Assembly (NCBI GenBank): GCA_016705545.1
Contig: JADIYA010000020.1
Span: 15,413 to 79,412, forward strand
Origin: Flavobacteriales bacterium
GTDB lineage: Bacteria > Bacteroidota > Bacteroidia > Flavobacteriales_F > PHOS-HE28
DNA: 64,000 nucleotides
Reading direction: 5' to 3'
Part shown: piece by piece, positions 58,381 through 64,000 of the stretch
Layout: each line of letters starts with the position of its first letter
Numbering within the stretch: the first letter of the stretch is position 1
The notes under the pieces: generated by a model
Databases searched by the model: none
Seen by the model: the letters and a program-made list of their open reading frames with translations, nothing else
Told to the model about the DNA's origin: nothing
Made by a program: the position numbers and the translations under genes

Positions 58381-61300
58381 ATGTCATTCACGGGAACCCT
58401 TCGGCGCATCGCTGCCTTTGCCACCTTGGCGTTGGGGTTCACGGCTGCCCGTGCCGATCACTTCAGCGGGGCGAACATCACTTATGTGTGCAATGGTGGG
58501 AATTCGTACACCATCACGCTCGACCTCTTCCTTGATTGCGCTGGAGCACCGCTCACTCCGCACGCACTCAGCTTCACGAACAACTGCGGTGTCAATTTCA
58601 CCCTGAACAACATCCCGTTGGTTCAGACCAACGAGGTCTCACAGCTCTGCGGCTCTCAGTTGCTCAACAGCACGTGCAATGGCGGCACCTTGCCGGGCGT
58701 CATGCACTATCAGTTCCAGGTCACGCTCAATCTGGCGCCGTGCAATAGCTGGAACATCAGTTGGGCGATATGCTGCCGTGCAGCAACGCAGAATGTGCAG
58801 CTCACCCCGGGCATGTACGTCAATGCCACGCTCAACAATCTGGGCGGCCTTTGCGACCAGTCACCGCAGTTCGGCGATATGACCATTCCGTATGTGTGCG
58901 TGGGTGAGCCGGTCTCCTACAATCCGCAGGTCACCGATGCGGACGGCAACACGCTCGTTTACTCTTTCATCAGTGCACGGTTCGGAGCCCCCCTGCCGAC
59001 CAACGTGACCTACCAACCCGGTTTCACGGCGGCCGTCCCCATTCCCGGCATCACGCTCGACACCAACACGGGTACCATCAACTTCACGCCAACCGTCACG
59101 GGCCGCTATGTGATCGCCTTACAGGTCGCCTCCTACAATGCCATGGGCCAGCTCATCGGCACGGTGATGCGCGACTTCCTCTTCATCGTGATCCCCTGCT
59201 CCGATCCGCCTGCGGATAACGTTGGGCCCACCTCGATCACCAGCGGGGTAATCACCAGTTCCACATCCGTGGAGATGTGCGACGGTGTGCCTTCGTGCGT
59301 TGACCTCACCTTCACGGATGTGGATCCATTGGCGGTGGTCACGCTCTCCTCCCAGATCACTGCCCAGCTGCCGGGTGCAACCTTCATCGTCAACGGCACG
59401 AACCCGGCGGTGGCCACCTTGTGCTGGACACCCGTGCTCGCGCTATCGCCCGTTGTGGTGCTTGTGGATGTGAACGACAACGCCTGTCCGCTGCAGAACC
59501 TTTCCAATTACCAGCTCACGATCAATGTGGTGGCAGCACCGCCCATCCCGCCGAATGCCGGAACCTCGACAGTTGTTGCCAGCTGCCCAGGCACACCGCC
59601 CATCAACCTATTCGCCCAACTTGGCGGCACCCCTCAAGCCGGTGGTGTATGGGTAGGTCCTGGCGGAGCGCATAGTGGCACCTTCAATCCAGCCACTGAT
59701 GCTTATGGGGTCTATACCTACACGGTGGGGAATGGCTGCCAGAACGCCTCGGCAACTGTAACGGTTAACCAAAGTGCGGCAGGCAGCGCGGGCATCAATG
59801 GGAACATCACCGTGTGCGGCAATGGCGCGTCGTTCTCGCTTATCGCGCAATTAGGCGGAACGCCCGCAGCGGGAGGCGCTTGGAGCGGTCCTTCACCGGT
59901 AGTGGGCGGCAATTACAATCCGCCCACGATGAATCCAGGCGTGTACACCTACACGGTGACCAATCCCGCGCCTTGCGCGAATTCAACCGCCACCGTGACG
60001 GTTGCAGAGAACCCGTCCCCGAACGCCGGTACCGATGGCGCGCTCACCGTGTGCAGCAATGGCGCATCGCAATCGCTCTTCGCCGCGCTGGGCGGAGCAC
60101 CGCAGGCAGGCGGTGCATGGGCGGGACCATCTCCTGTTGTCGGTGGCAACTACAACCCGGCCACGATGAACCCCGGTGCCTATGCGTACACCGTGACGGG
60201 TGTCGCCCCTTGCGCGAACGCGAGCGCGACGATCACCGTCACCGAGAACGCAGCGACCAACGCCGGAACCGATGGCGCGCTCACCGTGTGCAGCAACGGA
60301 GCCGCGCAATCACTCTTCGCAGCGCTGGGCGGAGCACCGCAGGCAGGCGGTGCATGGGCGGGACCATCTCCTGTTGCCGGTGGCAACTACAACCCGGCCA
60401 CGATGAACCCCGGTGCCTATGCGTACACCGTGACGGGTGTCGCCCCTTGCGCGAACGCGAGCGCGACCATCACCGTCACCGAGAACGCAGCGACCAACGC
60501 CGGTACCGATGGCGCGCTCACCGTGTGCAGCGACGGCGCAGCGCAATCGCTCTTCGCAGCGCTGGGCGGAGCACCGCAGGCAGGCGGAGCATGGGCCGGA
60601 CCATCTCCTGTTGCCGGTGGCAACTACAACCCGGCCACGATGAACCCCGGTGCCTATGCGTACACCGTGACGGGTGTCGCCCCTGCGCGAACGCGAGCGC
60701 GACGATCACCGTCACCGAGAACGCAGCGACCAACGCCGGAACCGATGGCGCGCTCACCGTGTGCAGCAACGGAGCCGCGCAATCACTCTTCGCAGCGCTG
60801 GGCGGAGCACCGCAGGCAGGCGGTGCATGGGCGGGACCATCTCCTGTTGCCGGTGGCAACTACAACCCGGCCACGATGAACCCTGGCGCGTCATGCGTAC
60901 ACCGTGACGGGTGTCGCCCCTTGCGCGAACGCGAGCGCGACCATCACCGTCACCGAGAACGCAGCGACCAACGCCGGTACCGATGGCGCGCTCACCGTGT
61001 GCAGCAACGGAGCCGCGCAATCACTCTTCGCGGCGCTGGGCGGTGCACCGCAAGCAGGCGGAGCATGGGCCGGACCATCTCCTGTTGTCGGTGGCAACTA
61101 CGATCCCGCGACGATGACGCCTGGCGCGTACATCTACACCGTGACGGGTGTCGCCCCTTGCGCGAACGCGAGCGCTACCATCACCGTCACCAGGCCAACG
61201 CAGGCACATGGCGCGCCTGTGCGGGGCACGCCTGCGGGCGGGCAGGGCGGCGGGCCCTCCGTGCGGTGGCACACGACCGCGACGGAGCCTGGCGCGTACA

Positions 61301-64000
61301 CTACACCGTGAACGGCATCGCGCCTGCACGACGAGGCGACGATCACCGTCACCGAGAACGCAGCGACCAACGCCGGTACCGATGGCGCGCTCACCGTGTG
61401 CAGCAATGGAGCCGCGCAATCGCTCTTCGCAGCGCTGGGCGGAGCACCGCAGGCAGGCGGTGCATGGGCGGGACCATCTCCTGTTGTAGGTGGCAACTAC
61501 AACCCGGCCACGATGAACCCCGGTGCCTATGTGTACACCGTGAACGGGGTGGCGCCTTGCGCGAACGCGAGCGCGACCATCACCGTCACCGAGAACGCAG
61601 CGACCAACGCCGGTACCGATGGCGCGCTCACCGTGTGCAGCAATGGAGCCGCGCAATCACTCTTCGCAGCGCTGGGCGGTGCACCGCAAGCAGGCGGAGC
61701 ATGGGCCGGACCATCTCCTGTTGCCGGTGGCAACTACGATCCCGCGACGATGACGCCAGGCGCGTACATCTATACGGTGAATGGCGTGGCGCCCTGCGCG
61801 AACGCGAGCGCGACGATCACCGTCACCGAGAACGCAGCGACCAACGCAGGCACTGATGGCGCGCTCACCGTGTGCAGCAACGGAGCCGCGCAATCACTCT
61901 TCGCAGCGCTGGGCGGAGCACCGCAGGCAGGCGGAGCATGGGCCGGACCATCTCCTGTTGTCGGTGGCAACTACGATCCCGCGACGATGACGCCTGGCGC
62001 GTACATCTACACCGTGACGGGTGTCGCCCCTTGCGCGAACGCGAGCGCGACCACCGTCACCGGCGAGGACCAACGCCGGCCAGGACCTCCGCATACCGGG
62101 GCGACCTGTTGTGGTGGCCCCCCGGCCACATGACCCCGGCGGCGTGTACACCGTGAACGGGGTGGCGCCTTGCGCGAACGCGAGCGCGACCATCACCGTC
62201 ACCGAGAACGCAGCGACCAACGCCGGTACCGATGGCGCGCTCACCGTGTGCAGCAATGGAGCCGCGCAATCACTCTTCGCAGCGCTGGGCGGTGCACCGC
62301 AAGCAGGCGGAGCATGGGCCGGACCATCTCCTGTTGCCGGTGGCAACTACGATCCCGCGACGATGACGCCAGGCGCGTACATCTATACGGTGAATGGCGT
62401 GGCGCCCTGCGCGAACGCGAGCGCGACGATCACCGTCACCGAGAACGCAGCGACCAATGCCGGTACCGATGGCGCGCTCACCGTGTGCAGCAACGGAGCC
62501 GCGCAATCACTCTTCGCAGCGCTGGGCGGAGCACCGCAGGCAGGCGGAGCATGGGCCGGACCATCTCCTGTTGTCGGTGGCAACTACGACCCGGCGACGA
62601 TGAACCCCGGGGCGTACGTGTACACCGTGAACGGCATCGCGCCTTGCGCGAACGCGAGCGCGACCATCACCGTCACCGAGAACGCAGCGACCAACGCCGG
62701 AACCGATGGCGCGCTCACCGTGTGCAGCAATGGCGCCGCGCAATCACTCTTCGCAGCGCTGGGCGGAGCACCGCAGGCAGGCGGAGCATGGGCCGGACCA
62801 TCTCCTGTTGCCGGTGGCAACTACGACCCAGCGACGATGAACCCCGGGGCGTACGTGTACACCGTTAACGGCGTGGCGCCTTGCGCGAACGCGACGGCGA
62901 CGATCACCGTCACCGAGAACGCAGCGACCAACGCCGGTACCGATGGCGCGCTCACCGTGTGCAGCAACGGAGCCGCGCAATCACTCTTCGCAGCGCTGGG
63001 CGGAGCACCGCAGGCAGGCGGAGCATGGGCCGGACCATCTCCTGTTGCCGGTGGCAACTACGATCCCGCGACGATGACGCCTGGCGCGTACATCTACACC
63101 GTGACGGGTGTCGCCCCTTGCGCGAACGCGAGCGCGACGATCACCGTCACCGAGAACGCAGCGACCAACGCCGGTACCGATGGCGCGCTCACCGTGTGCA
63201 GCAATGGAGCCGCGCAATCACTCTTCGCAGCGCTGGGCGGAGCACCGCAGGCAGGCGGAGCTTGGGGCGGACCATCTCCTGTTGCCGGTGGCAACTACGA
63301 TCCCGCGACGATGACGCCTGGCGCGTACATCCACACGGTGAACGGCGTGGCGCCCTGCGCGAACGCGAGCGCGACGATCACCGTCACCGAGAACGCAGCG
63401 ACCAACGCCGGTACCGATGGCGCGCTCACCGTGTGCAGCGACGGCGCAGCGCAATCGCTCTTCGCCGCGCTGGGCGGTGCACCTCAAGCGGGCGGGGCTT
63501 GGAGCGGCCCTTCGCCAGTGGCCGGTGGCAACTACGATCCCGCGACGATGACGCCTGGCGCGTACATCTACACCGTGAACGGCATCGCGCCTTGCGCGAA
63601 CGCGAGCGCGACGATCACCGTCACCGAGAACGCAGCGACCAACGCAGGCACTGATGGCGCGCTCACCGTGTGCAGCGACGGCGCAGCGCAATCGCTCTTC
63701 GCCGCGCTGGGCGGTGCACCTCAAGCGGGCGGGGCTTGGAGCGGCCCTTCGCCAGTGGCCGGTGGCAACTACGATCCCGCGACGATGACGCCTGGCGCGT
63801 ACATCTACACCGTGAACGGCATCGCGCCTTGCACGGCAGCGAGCGCGACCATCACCGTCACCGAGAACACGCCGGCCAACGCAGGCAGCGATGGCAGCGT
63901 GACCGTGTGCGATGTCGGGGCGGCAACCGGTCTGTTCGCCCACGCTCGGCGGAGCGCCGCAAGCAGGTGGAACGTGGAGCGGCCCTTCGCCAGTGGCCGG
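58381..64000 (+). CDS. giant repeat-containing cell-surface adhesin (gliding-type N-terminal domain plus 79-aa repeats); partial, runs off the window; multiple frame breaks inside the repeat array
   Basis: MSFTGTLRRIAAFATLALGFTAARA, then DHFSGANITYVCNGGNSYTITLDLFLDCAG (N-terminal Cys-rich domain common in Bacteroidota adhesins), then about 20 repeats NAGTDGALTVCSNGAAQSLFAALGGAPQAGGAWAGPSPVAGGNYNPATMNPGAYAYTVTGVAPCANASATITVTENAAT. An alternative ATG lies at 58363. Frame switches occur at about 60686, 60890, 61192-61337, 62050-62142 and 63940. Confidence 0.8.
59557..64000 (+). repeat. tandem array of 237-bp coding repeats (about 20 units, last one cut by the window end)
   Basis: The anchor ACCGATGGCGCGCTCACCGTGTGCAGC recurs at 60031, 60268, 60505, 60741, 60979, 61377, 61615, 61852, 62228, 62465, 62702, 62939, 63176, 63413, 63650 and 63887. 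Spacing is 237 nt except across two degraded units. The first two units (about 59557 and 59794) are more diverged. Confidence 0.95.

Noticed and set aside
59557-64000. Considered whether the regular 237-bp repeats are a CRISPR array.
   Set aside because: The units abut directly with no unique spacers. The period is far too long, and each unit translates into a conserved 79-aa protein module within a signal-peptide-bearing gene.

Overview
High-GC (about 60-65%) chromosomal segment. It is most likely Bacteroidota, judging from T9SS C-terminal sorting domains, the ftsX-DUF3098-uppP-truB-queA synteny, a DUF5689 lipoprotein next to a TonB-dependent receptor, and a gliding-type repeat adhesin. The left third is housekeeping: rlmN, ispD, queA, truB, uppP, ftsX, leuS, a large secreted metalloprotease, and a tetR-tolC-MFP-RND efflux operon. 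The middle holds a signalling and surface island: two TPR sensor kinases, a NarL/LuxR response regulator, an operon of outer-membrane barrel + ~2300-aa secreted protein + FN3 protein, a small T9SS protein, a ~1190-aa collagen-like protein with a phage tail-fibre (S74) C-terminus, and a TPR adenylate cyclase. The right third holds a LytTR regulator, asnS, a DOPA-dioxygenase-like gene, three ArsC-like gene copies (one intact, two decayed) interleaved with opposite-strand genes, a TonB receptor cluster, and a giant adhesin made of near-identical 237-bp repeats that runs off the window. Most unusual observations: (1) a ~0.52-kb DUF559 endonuclease module bounded by 33-nt terminal inverted repeats sits in frame inside leuS. 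(2) A conserved palindrome, ATAC(C/T)AC-N4-GTGGTAT, occurs four times, only at the boundaries of the two-component system and giant-protein units. (3) The barrel / giant protein / FN3 operon has no function I can assign. Caveat: at least eight genes, including essential ones, are broken by single-base indels, several at G/C runs. The assembly probably carries consensus errors, so I do not read these breaks as real pseudogenes. I found no rRNA, tRNA or CRISPR.
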